Assembly (NCBI RefSeq): GCF_004010195.1
Contig: NC_057724.1
Coordinates: 65,730,096 to 65,794,095, forward strand
Source: Chiloscyllium plagiosum
Lineage: Eukaryota
DNA length: 64,000 bases
Direction: 5' to 3'
Shown here: positions 47,880 through 60,386 of the stretch, in pieces
Layout of the letters: each line of letters starts with the position of its first letter
Numbering within the stretch: position 1 is the first letter of the stretch
Notes under the pieces: generated by a model
What the model was told of the DNA's origin: nothing
The model's database searches: none
What the model saw: only the letters and a program-made list of their open reading frames with translations
Translations under genes and position numbers: made by a program

Positions 47880-49890
47880 TGTGGGGAGGGAGAGTAACCA
47901 CTATTGCATCACTTCGAGATCAAGGAGGTCATCTTTGTGTTGAACCCCAGGAGATGGGAGAGATGCTACATGAATATTTTGTGTTAGTTTTTACTGTTGT
48001 CACGAAGCTAGTTCCTTTTTTTTCTAAAAGTTGTTCCTTAGCTCAAGGAGACTCTGTCCTTGATTTCTTTCAGTGCGATAATAAACCATGCTGGGCTCCG
48101 ATCAGACTGGTTTGGAACAGAGATGAAAAGGATTTTGAGAGGCCTTTTGTTTATATATAAACAGATGAGACTTCAGGCCAAAGTGGTCATGTTTTAGAAG
48201 TGACCTGTATAATGAAAGGGGAGTGGTCAGCTCTCTAGCTGAGCTGGGCAGTTTAGTTCAGTCTTGAACTGGTGAGGAGTTCAACAGGAAGCTGTGTGGA
48301 AATTCTCTGTCTCTCTTTCTGTGTTCCATTTATACTGTTTTTTTTAAAGGGAGTTTGCTTACTGGGACTGTTGTGTATATTCAGAACAGCATAATTAAGT
48401 CTAGTTTGGATAGACTGAGCTCTGTAGGGGCTCTTTATTCTGTTCATTGTGTTTTGTTGTGTAATTTTGTGAATAAATTTTTTTCTGTTTTAAAATCTAG
48501 TAGTCAACCTAGCTAACTTAATCCAGGTATGATTCGGAGATGCCGGTGTTGGACTGGGGTGTACAAAGTTAAAAATCACACAACACCAGGTTATAGTACA
48601 ACAGGTTTAATTGGAAGCACACTCCAATTAAACCTGTTGGACTATAACCTGGTGTTGTGTGATTTTTAACTTAATCCAGGTAATTTTCAATCTACACTTA
48701 CCTAAACAAATTGCAAAGTTACGGTCTGGGTTGCTTGCTTAAGAATGTTTTGAGTGGTTTGGCCTAGTCACTGTGGAGAAAGAAATGGAGTCCAGAGAAT
48801 ACAGAGGAATGAATTTTGATGTTTCAAAAACAGTTCACATTACTGAAATGGAAGTTCTGGAGGTCTTAGAATATAAAGACGGATAAGTCTCCGGGACCTG
48901 ATCTAATGTATCAGACAATGTTTTGGGAAGTAAGGGTGGAAATTGTGAGACTCCTTGCAGAAATGTTTGCATCATCTATAACTATGGGTGAGGTGCTTGA
49001 CATAATAATTTGGATGAAAGTATAGAAGGTATGGTTAGTAAGTTTGCAGACAACACCAAAATTGATGGCACAGTAAATGGTAAAAAAAAGTTTTCTCAGA
49101 TTTCAAAGGGACCTTGATCAAATTGGTCAATGGGCTGAAAAATGGCAGATGGAGTTCAACCTGGATAAATGTGAGGTATTGCATTTTTGTAAAACAAATG
49201 AGGGTAGAACTTGTATAATTAACGGTAGGGCCTTGGGTAGTGTTATGGAACAAGAAACATTGAGGTTTAGGTCCATTTTATGTGACACAAACTTCAACAG
49301 GTTGATTAATAAGGCGTTTAGCATGTTTGCTTTCATTGCTCAGTCCTTTGAGTAAAGGAGTTAGGAAGTCATTTTGAAATCGTACAGGACATTGAGGCCT
49401 TTTCTGGAATATAGTGTCCAGTTCTGGTCATCCAGTCATAGGAAGGATATTATTTAAACTGGAGAGAGTTCAGAAGAGATTTACCAGGATGTTGCTGCAT
49501 ATGGAAGCTAGAATTATAAAGAAAGGCTGAATGGGCAGGGACTGGAGCGTAGGAGGTTGACAGGTGACCTCATAGAAGTTTATAAAATAATGAGAGGGAT
49601 AGAGTTGATAGTCATTGTCTTTTGCCCAAGATGGGATGTTTCAAGACTAAGGGGTACATTTTACGGTAAGATTTTAAAAAAAGACAAGAGTTACACAGAA
49701 GGTGGATCATGTGTGGAATGAACTACCTGAGGAAGTGGTGGATGTGGGTACAATTACAGCGTTTAAAATATATTTGGTTAAATATTTGCATATGTAAGGT
49801 TTGGAGGGATAGGCCAGTGGGCTAGTTTAGTTTTGGATTAAGTTTGGCATGGATTGGTTGAACTGAAGGGTCTATTTGCATGACTCTATG
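47880..49890 (+). mobile_element. older CR1 LINE interrupted by a solo LTR
   Basis: LRDQGGHLCVEPQEMGEML before the insert; FQRDLDQIGQWAEKWQMEFNLDKCEVLH after it; tail tgactctatg. Confidence 0.82.
47998..48770. mobile_element. probable solo LTR (TG..CA, 4-bp TSD ctgt) with nested family-3 PLE palindrome (about 48530-48667)
   Basis: ctgt|TGTCAC...TAGTCA|ctgt; internal AATAAA at 48472; removing it restores the CR1; the nested insert is flanked by aacttaatccaggta at 48515-48529 and 48668-48682. Confidence 0.7.
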
Positions 49891-50939
49891 ATCTTATTGA
49901 ATGAAATCAAGCTAATGGCCTAATACTACTCCTAACTTGTATATGTTCTGAGGAAGGATCATTCAACCTGAAACGTTAACTCTGATTTCTCTCCAGAGAT
50001 GCTTCCAGAGATTTCTGTTTATGCTGCTGTTGATGGTAGCTGTGTTGTACATGTTAATGTTCTGTACTGGCATTAGGATTTTCCACTCTTGGGTTATTTA
50101 CAGGTAATTCAAAGCTTCCTGGATTGAACCTGCAGAAAAAGTCTTCCAACACAATTGCTGAAGAGTAAGAATCCTGACTGATTTTCCCCTATTACTACCT
50201 TGGCTGAGATCTTCTAACTCAGCTACAGACTGGAGTTGAGTCTGCTGTGTTCAAATCTGCTGAATAAATTGACTCGAATAGTCATGATAAGCTAAATTAT
50301 TTTCTTATCGTCCTATTAGTTCATTTCTAAAGGCATTTTTACATTACAAAAGGAGAGAGTAAGTTGACTTGGAGTACCCAATCTTTCATTTGATATGGAA
50401 TAAATGTAAGTGATGTTAAAGTCTGCAAGACTGTACATCAGTGAGGTGTAATGAACCAGTAGTATCACCAGAACAGTACTTTCGTACAGTCCGCAATGTC
50501 ATAGTTCAGCATAATCCCGACTCTACCATTACCACCAAACAAGAGTTCAACCCTGGTTGAATGGAAAGTGCAGGAGGGAATGCCAGGAGCAGCACAAGGC
50601 ACATCTTAAAGTAAGGTGTCAACCTGGTGAAGCTACAAAATATGACTTTTTGCATGTGAGACAGTGGAAGCAGCAAGTGTGAGAGCTAAGTGATCCCACA
50701 ACCAATGGATCAGATCTTAGCTCTGCAACTCTGCTAAATTTAACTGTGAATGGTAGTGGAGAAGTAAACAATTCACTGCAGGAGGAGTCTTCACAAATAT
50801 GCCCATCCTCAATGAAGGACAAGTCCAGCTCATCCGTACAAAGAGGACACTGAAGCATTCTCAACAATCTTCAACGAGAACTGTCAAATGTTTAATCTAT
50901 TTCAACCTCCAGGGGTCCCCAGCATCACAGATGCCAGTT

Positions 50940-51665
50940 TCCATAAGACCGTAAGATATAGGAGCAGAAATTAGGCCATTCAACCCATTAATTCTGCTCT
51001 GCCATTCAATCATGGCTGATGAGTATCAAGGGTAATGGGCAGAAAGCAGGATAATAGGGTCGAGAAACTCAAGAACCTATCTATCTTTATCTTAAATATA
51101 GTCAAAGACCTGGCCTCCACAGCCTTCAGTGGCGATGAATTCCGTAGATTCATCACACTCTGGCTGAAGACATTTCTTTGTCTTTGTTCCAAAAGGTCTT
51201 CCCTTTACTCTAAGGCTGTGCCCTTGGGTCCTCATCTCTCCTACCAATGGAAACATCTTCCCAACATGAACTCCATCCAGGCCATTCAGTATTCTGTATG
51301 TTTCAATTAGATCCCCCCCCCATCCTTCTAAACTTCATTGAATATCGACCCTGAGTCCTCAAATGTACCTTATACGTTAAGCTGTTCATTCCTGAGACCA
51401 TTCTTATGACCCTCCTCTGAACATGCTCCAGGGCCAGTACATCCTTCCTGAAACATGCGACCCAAAACGATGCATAATACTCCAAATGTGGCCTGACTAG
51501 AGCCTTATGGAGACTCAGAAGTGCATCCCTGCCTTTTATATTCATGTCCTCTTGAAATAAATGCCATAATTGAATTTGCCTTCCTAACTACTGACTCAAC
51601 CTGCAAGTTTACCTTGAGAGAATCCTGGACTAGAACTCCAAATTCTCTTTGCAATTCAGACTTTG
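50940..51665 (-). mobile_element. CR1 3' fragment nested in an older plus-strand LINE remnant (about 50480-51890)
   Basis: ALVRPHLEYYASFW on minus; the flanks join as ..cagcatcacagatgccag / gccaatttaattcactc.. with LAKLFQY-like coding. Confidence 0.75.
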
Positions 51666-52179
51666 CACTTGTGAGCCAATTTAATTCACTCTAGGTGATA
51701 TCAAGAAATGATTGGAGACACTGGACACTGTAAAGGGTATGAGTCCTGACAGCATTCTGGAAATAACACGAAGAATTCTTCTCCAGAAATTGCCACACTG
51801 CTAGCCAAACTGTTCCAGTACTACTACAACATTGGCATCTACTCGACAAAATGGGAAACTGCCTAGGTATATCCTGTACACAAAAAGAAGTTTGTTCTGA
51901 TGCCACAATATTTAATGCATTTTCCTCAATTACTGTCACTGCAGATTTTATTAGCCTAAACATTCCATTGTCATTTGATCTACAGATTTGTCTTGCTGAC
52001 ATTGAGGTTGGAATATATTTAGGTCTGAGCTGTTTGGTTAAAATTAAGGATGACTAAATCTGGGGAGTTCCAAAATTACAAACAGTGTACAGAAAAATTA
52101 CTTAATTGGCTGTACATGTTCTTTTGGTGCCATGTCAATGCAGTATTTCCCCCCAGAGAAATGATATTCAAGGCTCACG

Positions 52180-53003
52180 TAAAGATTTGTAGCTCAAGTA
52201 TCATAGTTGTAGGTATGTACGTTGATTTTTCAGACATTTTGTCCCCTGTCTAGGTGACATATTGAGTGTTTTGGAGCCTTCTGTGAAGCACTGCTGTACT
52301 GTGCCTTCTAGAATTTATTTGGTTCTGTTCCTGCTGCTTCCACTTGCTCTTTCCAGCTGTTCATTGTCGTGGCTGGTATATTTGGTCTGGGTTTATGTGT
52401 TTGTCAATGGAGTCTGTGGATGAGTGCTATGCTTTGAGGAATTCTCTGGCCTCTGCTGGTTTGTCCTGTAATCATTGTATTGTTCCAGTTGTACGTGTGT
52501 GTGTGTGTTGTAGGAGGGACAGGTGGTCGTGGCATTTAGTGGTGAGTTGGTGTTCACGGATGTGGATTTCTAGTTGTCTACCTGGTTGCCCTATACTGTA
52601 TAGTGTTTCTTGCAGTCTTTGTGTGGAATCCTGTAAATTGTGTTCACCTTGCACATGATGGGTGTAGGGATCTTTTGTCCTGGTGAGTTGTTGCCTAAGA
52701 GTGGCTGTTGGTTTATGGGGTGTCATGAATCCCAGTGGTTGGAGAAGTCTTGCTGTCAGTTCCGTTACACTGTTTTATGTAAGGTAGCATGACTAGAGAG
52801 TTAGGTCGTGGCATGTCCTTGTTTGTCTGTGAGACATCTATAGGTGAAGTTGCAGGGATATCTGTTCTTGGCGAATAGTCTGTAGAGGTGTTCTTCTTCC
52901 CTTCTTAGGTCAAGAGTGCTGCAGTGTGTTGTAGCCCTTTTGAACAGAGTCCTAATGCAGCTTCTCTTGTGTGTGTTTGGGTGGTTGCTGTTGTAGTTCA
53001 GTC
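52180..53003 (-). mobile_element. second-family Penelope-like 3' fragment
   Basis: HKPTATLRQQLTRTKDP..IGQPGRQLEIHIREHQL. Confidence 0.8.
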
Positions 53004-53049
53004 CTGTTTGATGTTTGGAAGGAAGTGGAAGTGAATTATGTGGGGTTGG

Positions 53050-53615
53050 GGAACCCTGAGCTTCCAGTTGCCTGCCACTTTAACACACCACTGTGCTCCC
53101 TGGCTAACATCGCTGTCTCAGGCTTGCTGTAATGCTCCAGTGAAGCTCAGTGCAAGCTGGAAGAACAACACTTCATTTACTGCTTGGGAACCCAGACTCA
53201 ATATAGAGTTCAATAATTTTAGGGTATGAACTCTCCCGAGTCCTAGCCCCCAACCCCACATTCCAGGCCTTATTATCACATCATCTATCATTACGCACTA
53301 CCAGTCACCACTAACAGTTAGCCACTAACAGTCTCCATTAACTGCTATTCACCATTCTAGCCAGATTGTTATCGACCCCTTTGTCTGTCCAACTGTTCTT
53401 TTCTCTTTGGGCTCTATCTCCACCTATCATTTACTTCCTACCCCTTCCCCTCACCCGATCTTCTGCAAAAGAATTGACATTTTCCTAGCTAGCATCGGTT
53501 CTGAGGAAGGGTCACTAGACCCGAAACATTAACTCTGATGCTGCCAGACCTGCTGAGCTTTTCCAGTAATTTCTGTTATTGTTTCTGATTTACAGCATCT
53601 GCAGTATTTTTGGTT
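53050..53615 (+). mobile_element. PLE 3' end, fourth family, with hammerhead-like motif at 53498-53533
   Basis: KLEEQHFIYCLG remnant; GTT-CTGAGGA-a-GGGTC acta GACCC-GAAAC-ATT-AAC. Confidence 0.7.
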
Positions 53616-54749
53616 CCTCCAATTCTGGCCTATTAGGTCGCCTTAATTTTAATCACTATGTCATTAATAACTGTTCCTTCGGTTGCTTTAGCCCCAAAGC
53701 CTTAGAATTATTTCCCTAACTCTCTCTCTTACTTATCTCCATCGTAACTCTTTACAACGCTCCTTAAAAACCCCTCTCTTTTTAAGCAAGTTTTAGACAC
53801 TTGCCATAAGATCACCTTCCATAGCACTGTGCCTGTCTTGCAATGCTCATGTGAAGTACTGAGAGAATCGCTTTTATTACAGTCATGACAATATACAAAT
53901 ATAATGTTATTTTTCTGGTCTCCAGTGTAATATTATAAGTAACAGTTCTCAGTTCATACTAACATTCTTGCTATAGCAGAATCTAATCTAATTAACACTA
54001 CACATAATATATATTCATAAGTAGTGCTCTAGTTTCACCTCAACAATTTCTAATACATAGAAAGTTTTAATATTCTGTTAATAGAAGAACTTCCAACAAA
54101 ATGTTCTATTACAGAATTTTATCTTTAAAATGTTTAAGATTGTTACCATAGCAATGCAAGAGAGTGGAAGCTATAGCATCATGGTATCAATGGTCTTCCC
54201 ACTGTGATTCTTAAACCAAATTCAGATTTTCCTTAAAAAAACACATCGATTAATTCCCTATTCCTCAAAAAGACTAGGCGGTATTTTTTGAAGTGAAAGC
54301 ATGAATATCAGTTACTTATAGGATATGTAGGCAAGTGGGACTAGTTTAGCTTGGGAAACATGGTCGGCATGGACAAGTTGAACTGAAGGGTCTGTTTCCG
54401 TGCTCTATGACTCTGTTAAGTATTTCAGCTTAAGCATTCAAAACTATCTGGTTAGAGAAGGAGAAGTAACCCTTACAATTGTTATTTCATATGTGGCTAA
54501 TTTCTTATTTAGGGATATAATGCAATTAATAATATTGTCAAGTTGTAACTAATAACTGGTGATCTGGAAAATGTATTTCCCTCTGCAATTGAATGTTACT
54601 GTATGTCCTTAATCACTTTGCTGGTGATCATGTATCCCATTCTCCATACAGATATTTCTTTCTTCCCCACCAACCTCTGTCACCCTCTTTCCATTCCCTT
54701 CTCCAACCATCCCTCTCATTTTTTTCCCCTCTCAATTTTCCAGTTCCGA

Positions 54750-55280
54750 TTGCCCAGTTATAGGCACAATATTATTAACCTGGAGAGGGTTCAGAAAAAT
54801 TTTAACCAGGATGTTGCTAGATATGGAAGGTTTGACTTATAAAGAGAAAGGTTGGATAGGCTGGGACTTTTTTCACTGGAGGGTAGGAAGTTGAGAGGCA
54901 ATCTCATAGATGCTTATAAAATAATGAGGGGTATAGATAGAGTTAAATGATAGTTGTCTTTTCCCTAGGATTTCAAGTTGAGGGGGTACCTTTTTAAAGT
55001 GGGATGAGAAACATTTTTTAAAAAGACATGGGGGCAATTTATTTTTTTTTTTACAGAGGGTGGTTTGCATGTGGAATGAACTTCCTGTGGAAGTGGTGGA
55101 TGTGGGTACAATTACAACATTTCAAAGGCATTTGGATATGTACATGAATAGGAAAGGTTTGGAGGGATATTGGCCAGGATCAAGGCAGGTGGGACTATTT
55201 TAGTTTGGGATTAGGTGGTTTGGCAGGGACCAGTTGGGCCAAAGGGTCTATCTCCATGCTAATGACTCTATGACTATGCA
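54750..55280 (+). mobile_element. CR1 3' fragment
   Basis: tggaatgaacttcctg..gtgggtacaattaca and tail gactctatgactatg. Confidence 0.78.
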
Positions 55281-56605
55281 TGGTAGATATATTCCCAGAC
55301 TGAAAAAAGAACACTGCATATATTAGTTATCTACACAGAAATCAATAAATTACATATTGATGCCTTGACAGTTTTTCTTGTAATGAATAAAACCAGCAAT
55401 CAAAACACTCATCCAGAACAATTGTGAAAACTAAAGACTGTTACAATGAGAGGTGTCATTCTAGCTTATTTATTTAGAAATAAATCCATCAAACTCCATA
55501 TTCTCAATTTATTTTACCCCTTTAAATATTTTAAAGCAAAAACTACTTATAATCTAAAATAGAATTAAGTATTTCTTCAGTTATAATGCATGTGTAATTG
55601 AAGCTATTTTACTTGGGCAATGTATTTAATTGTGTTGTAGTCAAATTGGTAATTGAATTTAGGTCAGATCAGTTTAACAAGATATTACTTCAGTGCCAAG
55701 TTGAAAAGGCTTCTCGTCCTTCCCAAATATTGTGAAACCATGAGGAAGTTAAGTTGCCCAAATTGAAGTTTAGATGAACATAAGTGTTAAATGTTAGCAA
55801 AGAATCAATCAGCAGTACGGTTAGTTCCAACCTATAAACGTTTTGCTTATATTTGCCTTAGAGGAATGAAAAGGACCTGCATTCACAAGCGCAAATCCAG
55901 CAACCCAATTATCACGGCCAGTGATTCAAAATCAATAGCATAACACGGGTGGAAATTTTTAAATTACAGACTGGGACAGTAACCCCGTGAAGCAGTGACA
56001 CCCCTAGCATGTACTATCAACACAGATTTGACGTTAGTTAAGTAATTTCCCGTTACACTGTCACTAAAATTTGCAGTGTACATTTAAAGTCAGCGTGCAA
56101 TTGCAAATTGGATTTGGATTGTGTAAATTTCATAGCAATTTGTGGTTGCAACCACCAAATAAAAATCTAGTTCACTCTCTAACCTGGTTTACAAAATTCC
56201 CTGCTGGCCTAAAACCGCTTAACCACTCAAGTCTTCAGAAAGCTGATCCCTTTCCCCACCTAACCGCCCCCCGCTCCCAACTGATTTAACAGATGAACAG
56301 CAGTTCCACTACTTGAGAGAGTTACGTATTGACCTGCAAACACCTGAGAACAATTAGCAAAGCTATTCAACATTACTGTATTTCTGGAACTTGAAATACA
56401 ACTAACAGTTCACATCAGTTGCTATAATGTAAATTTGTTACTCTAACTATTGAAATAATTACTCCGTTAGATCACTATGAATGCTAACAGTGGTAAATCC
56501 ACTACTTAAGGAAATCTGGATTTCTTCACAGCAACAACGTACCCAATAAAAAAGACCTGGAATACACTGTATAAATTGCCCAATTAGAGTGAGAAATGCT
56601 GGACA

Positions 56606-56745
56606 ATTCATTCCTGATGAAAGGCTTTTGCCCGAAATGTCGATTTTCCTGCTCCTGGGATGCTGCCTGACCTGCTGTGTTTTTCCAGCACCACTCTAAT
56701 CTAGACTCTGATTTCCAGCGTCTGCTGTCCTCACTTTTGCCTACT
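56606..56745 (+). mobile_element. PLE terminal monomer with slightly mutated hammerhead
   Basis: attc-CTGATGA-aaggc tttt gccc-GAAAT-GTC. Confidence 0.7.
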
Positions 56746-56779
56746 ATGCTTCTGATGTCTGGTTAAATTTTCAGGCACA

Positions 56780-57100
56780 GGATCATAGAATCCCTACAGT
56801 GCGGTGAGGCCATTCAGCCCATCGAGCCTGCACCGATCCTCCGAAGTGCATTCCCACCCGCCCCCACCTCCACCCCCGTAACCCCTCATTTCCCAGAGCT
56901 AATCCATCCAGTCTGCCCACCATGGGCAATTTAGCACGGCCAATCCACCCAACCTGTACATCTTTGGACTGGAGGAGGAAACCGGCGCAGGCACGGGGAG
57001 AATGTGCAAACTCCACAGAGTGAGCCCATGGCTGGAATCGATTGTGGGTCCCTGGCGCTATGAAGGCAGTGTTAACCACTGAGCCACAGTACAGCCCCTG
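56780..57100 (-). mobile_element. HE1-type SINE
   Basis: Minus head ggggctgtactgtggctcagtggttaacactgcc; body similar to 37841-38141. Confidence 0.78.
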
Positions 57101-58146
57101 ACTAATCACATTTTTTTCCCTGACTAAAACTACTTGTGACAAACACATCAATGAGCCAGTCTATAGATAGAAAAATATAGATACTGTGAATGTACAAGTT
57201 TTAAAAAATTCTAGAAGTACACAGCAGGTCCTTCAGTGGCTGAAACGAGCAAGTTAACTTTCCAGGTGTTCACCACATCAGGACTAAAATAGGGTTAAAC
57301 AGTAGGACAAGTACTACAGAGTTGTTAATCAGTTGGAGAAAAAAAAAGCCGATATTTGCTCAATCGAGAATACAGTCAAGAGATGTACAGCTCGGAAACA
57401 GATCTTTCGGTCCAACTCGTCCATACCGACCGGTTCCATTTGCCAGCACCTGGCCCATTATCCATCTAGCCCCTTCCTATCCAAAATGATATTACAGTAA
57501 TTTAGGGAAAAGGCTCAAAACAGCCTGTAGCCAGCCAATGGGGTGAAAGCACAGGAAAGATGCACCCAAAGGAGTGGGAAAGAGGATGGAAATTGAAAAT
57601 GCAGGAAATGCATATGGAAATAAGAGATTTGGAATTGGAAACATGCCGTCATGCATCAGTCACATGAAGAGCACTCATGCACAGCCCTTTTACTGAATTC
57701 TGTTGTTTTTAAGGAAGAGACTACAACTAACAGGCGAAACTATGTTCCCTCCTCCTCAGTCACTGGAATATATAACTTGTAAGGAAAATAGAGGGGATGT
57801 TTATGATCTGAATTGTATGAAGTCAAAATTCACAGCAAAAAGCTGTTGGATATGCAGAGGAGAATATGTTCACGGACATTTAAATATAGTTCACATTTAA
57901 TTTGCATCCAGACACCACAGTTTTCTCAGATGTTGAAAACAAGTAACAACCTGCACTGAAAAGTTAATTTTAAAGCATTTATTGAAGTACAGTCAAATTT
58001 TATTCTCGGAAAAAAAATCACTGTCTTATATTCGTGTTTTCAGTACCTGGCAACTTTTATTGCCTATTATTAATGCTGATTTTCATACCAAACGTTAATT
58101 CACAGAAGCAACAAAAATGACTCAAAACAGTATTTCCACAGTAATA

Positions 58147-58294
58147 CCACAGCTCGACAAAGCTTTGACAAAGGGTCAGTTAGACGCGAAACGTCAGCTC
58201 TTTTCTCTCCTTAACAGATGCTGCCAGACCTGCTGGGATTTTCCAGCATTTTCTCTTTCGGTTTCACATTCCAGCATCCGCAGTAATTTGCTTT
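58147..58294 (+). mobile_element. fourth-family PLE terminal monomer, 14-bp TSD
   Basis: TSD tttccacagtaata at 58133-58146 and 58295-58308; tgacaaagggtcagttagac[g/t]cgaaacgtc also at 3221-3250. Confidence 0.7.
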
Positions 58295-59342
58295 TTTCCA
58301 CAGTAATAACCGGTCTCAAGGTTAAAACTATAATCTAAATCTTCACATCACCTGAGCGTTAAACAAATCATGTTCTGACAATTGTACTGACAATGCACGT
58401 TTATGGTACACTGGTTAAGGCAGGATCATCTTACAATCTGATCCATCAACTCTGTTTCTGATGACAACATACCGACCAAAATACAAACAGTATCACAGTT
58501 CGATCTCATGATTTCCTTTAAAACTACATCAAAAATCAGTATCAGAAATATGAAGTGTTACTTAAATTACAGTTACATTTCGGCAGGATGAGGGAGAGTT
58601 TGAAATGAACACTTTGCCCAAGTTCACCCGCATTTGTCAAAACACGTTCGGGCATTCTCTCCTCAATACACTCACTCAAGTAAAAAAAAAATTCCCACAA
58701 AGGAACTCGATTACAATTATAAAATGAAAACGTACCGAATATTAGGAGGTCATGTTATGAAATTGTCTTCGAGTTTAAGAACAAAGTACTTTTAAAAAAA
58801 TAAAATAAAAAGTGCTGAAAAGCTTAACAGGTCGGGTAGCAACGGCGTGGAAAGTTCTATATGGCTTTAAGGAATTGGTATTTGTCATGTTGATTCTGTG
58901 ACAGCAGTTCCTTAGCGTTAACTTCTTCTCCCCGCCTGACCCGCTGAATTTCTCCAGCATTTTTTAAACTCAGATTTCCAGCATCCGCAATGTTTCGTCT
59001 TTACTTTTGGAAAACCGTACGCAGGCGACCAAGGCCAGTTGATCACACAGCGAAAAAAAAACAGAAATTGTTGGACAAACTCAGCAGATCTGGCAGCATC
59101 TGCGAGAGAGAAACAAAAACAATTCAGGTTTTCAGTCCGGTGACCCTTCTTCAGAACTGAAAGATACTGCCTGCAGCTCTATGTAGTATTGATCGGAGGG
59201 AGGGGGGAGGAATCTGGTGATGAGATCTAAGTTCGAGTCCCCCTGACTCTACCTGACGAATTGCTGATGAAGGGCTCCTGCTCCTCGGATGCTGCCTGAC
59301 CTGCTGCGCTTTTCCAGCACCACTCTAACCTAGACTCTGATT

Positions 59343-60386
59343 CTACCTGGAGTCAGCCTTTTCTGGTTTCTCTCGCTGCCACGAAGATAGTTTCAGGAGT
59401 CGGTGCACTGAGGGAATCAGGGAGAATTCGCGATTCTTGGTCGGACTGTCGTGTTGTCTGTGCGGGGCCGGGGCCGGGGCCGGGGCTTGCTGGGGAGGTT
59501 GCGGCTCCTCCTGCTCCTGAGCGCCGGCCAGCTGCCGGAGTTGCGCGGGGGTCTCGCCGGCCAGGTACTGCCAGGCTTTGCGGCCGCGGTAGTCTCGGAC
59601 GTCGACGTCCGCGTCGTAGGCGCCCACCAGCAGCTTGATGACCATGGGGTGGCCCTGCATCGCGGCGAGGTGCAGGGCGGTGTAGCCTCCGCCCGCCGCC
59701 CGGGCGTTCAGGTCCAGGCTCCAGCCGCGGCTCTGCGCCAGGCGCGCCAGCTTCATCAAGCCGTGGTGGTCGCCCCGCTTGGCCAGCCAGTGGGCGGCGG
59801 TCAGGCCGCTCACAAACTCCCTGCGGTTCAGCAAGGCGGGCTCCTGCAGCAGCAGCGCCTCCATCACCTCCCAGTCCCCGGCCGCCAGCGCCAGCGCCCA
59901 CTCATGTTCCCGGGACTCCAGCGCCTCTCCTGGGGAGCCCGAGGAGGATAGGGACGCCCCCTCCTCCTGCTCGCTCCTCCCGCCGCTGTGGGCGCTCCAC
60001 ATGCCGCCGAAGCCGTCCCAGCCATTGCGGAGCATCAGTTCCCTCAGGCCCTTCCTCCTGGCTCCCGCTTCCGACCCGGTTGCGCCGCCCTTGCGCCCGA
60101 AGCTCTCCCGTTTCCTGAGCGAGCCCCGGCCGCCCGCCGCCTCCGCTCGCCTCCTGAGCGGGAAGGTCTCCGCCGGTTTTACGCCGGCCGAGCCCCCGGC
60201 ACTTTCCGCCGTCTTCAAGAAGCGGCCCAGCAGGCGGGACAGGCGGTTCACATCCTCCAGGACCACGCTGTAGCTCAGCCCCTCGCGGCTCCCGCTGCAA
60301 GCCGAGGTGGGGCTCGGCTTAAACTGTGTCGGGCTGGCCTCCCCCAGGAACCGGCTCTGGCTCAACTCGCCGAGCTTCTCAAACAT
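59343..60386 (-). CDS. SOWAHD: sosondowah ankyrin repeat domain protein, SOWAHD-like, single exon, about 347 aa
   Basis: First ATG of the open frame is at 60386 (MFEKLG..); LESREHEWAL, TAAHWLAKRG, GYTALHLAAMQGHPMVIKLLVGAYDADVDVRDYRGRKAWQYL are SOWAH ankyrin motifs; CpG-rich and intronless. The D paralogue call rests on synteny and orientation relative to UPF3B/NDUFA1; the start is uncertain. Confidence 0.88.
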   Translation of the reverse strand: MFEKLGELSQSRFLGEASPTQFKPSPTSACSGSREGLSYSVVLEDVNRLSRLLGRFLKTAESAGGSAGVKPAETFPLRRRAEAAGGRGSLRKRESFGRKGGATGSEAGARRKGLRELMLRNGWDGFGGMWSAHSGGRSEQEEGASLSSSGSPGEALESREHEWALALAAGDWEVMEALLLQEPALLNRREFVSGLTAAHWLAKRGDHHGLMKLARLAQSRGWSLDLNARAAGGGYTALHLAAMQGHPMVIKLLVGAYDADVDVRDYRGRKAWQYLAGETPAQLRQLAGAQEQEEPQPPQQAPAPAPAPHRQHDSPTKNREFSLIPSVHRLLKLSSWQREKPEKADSR

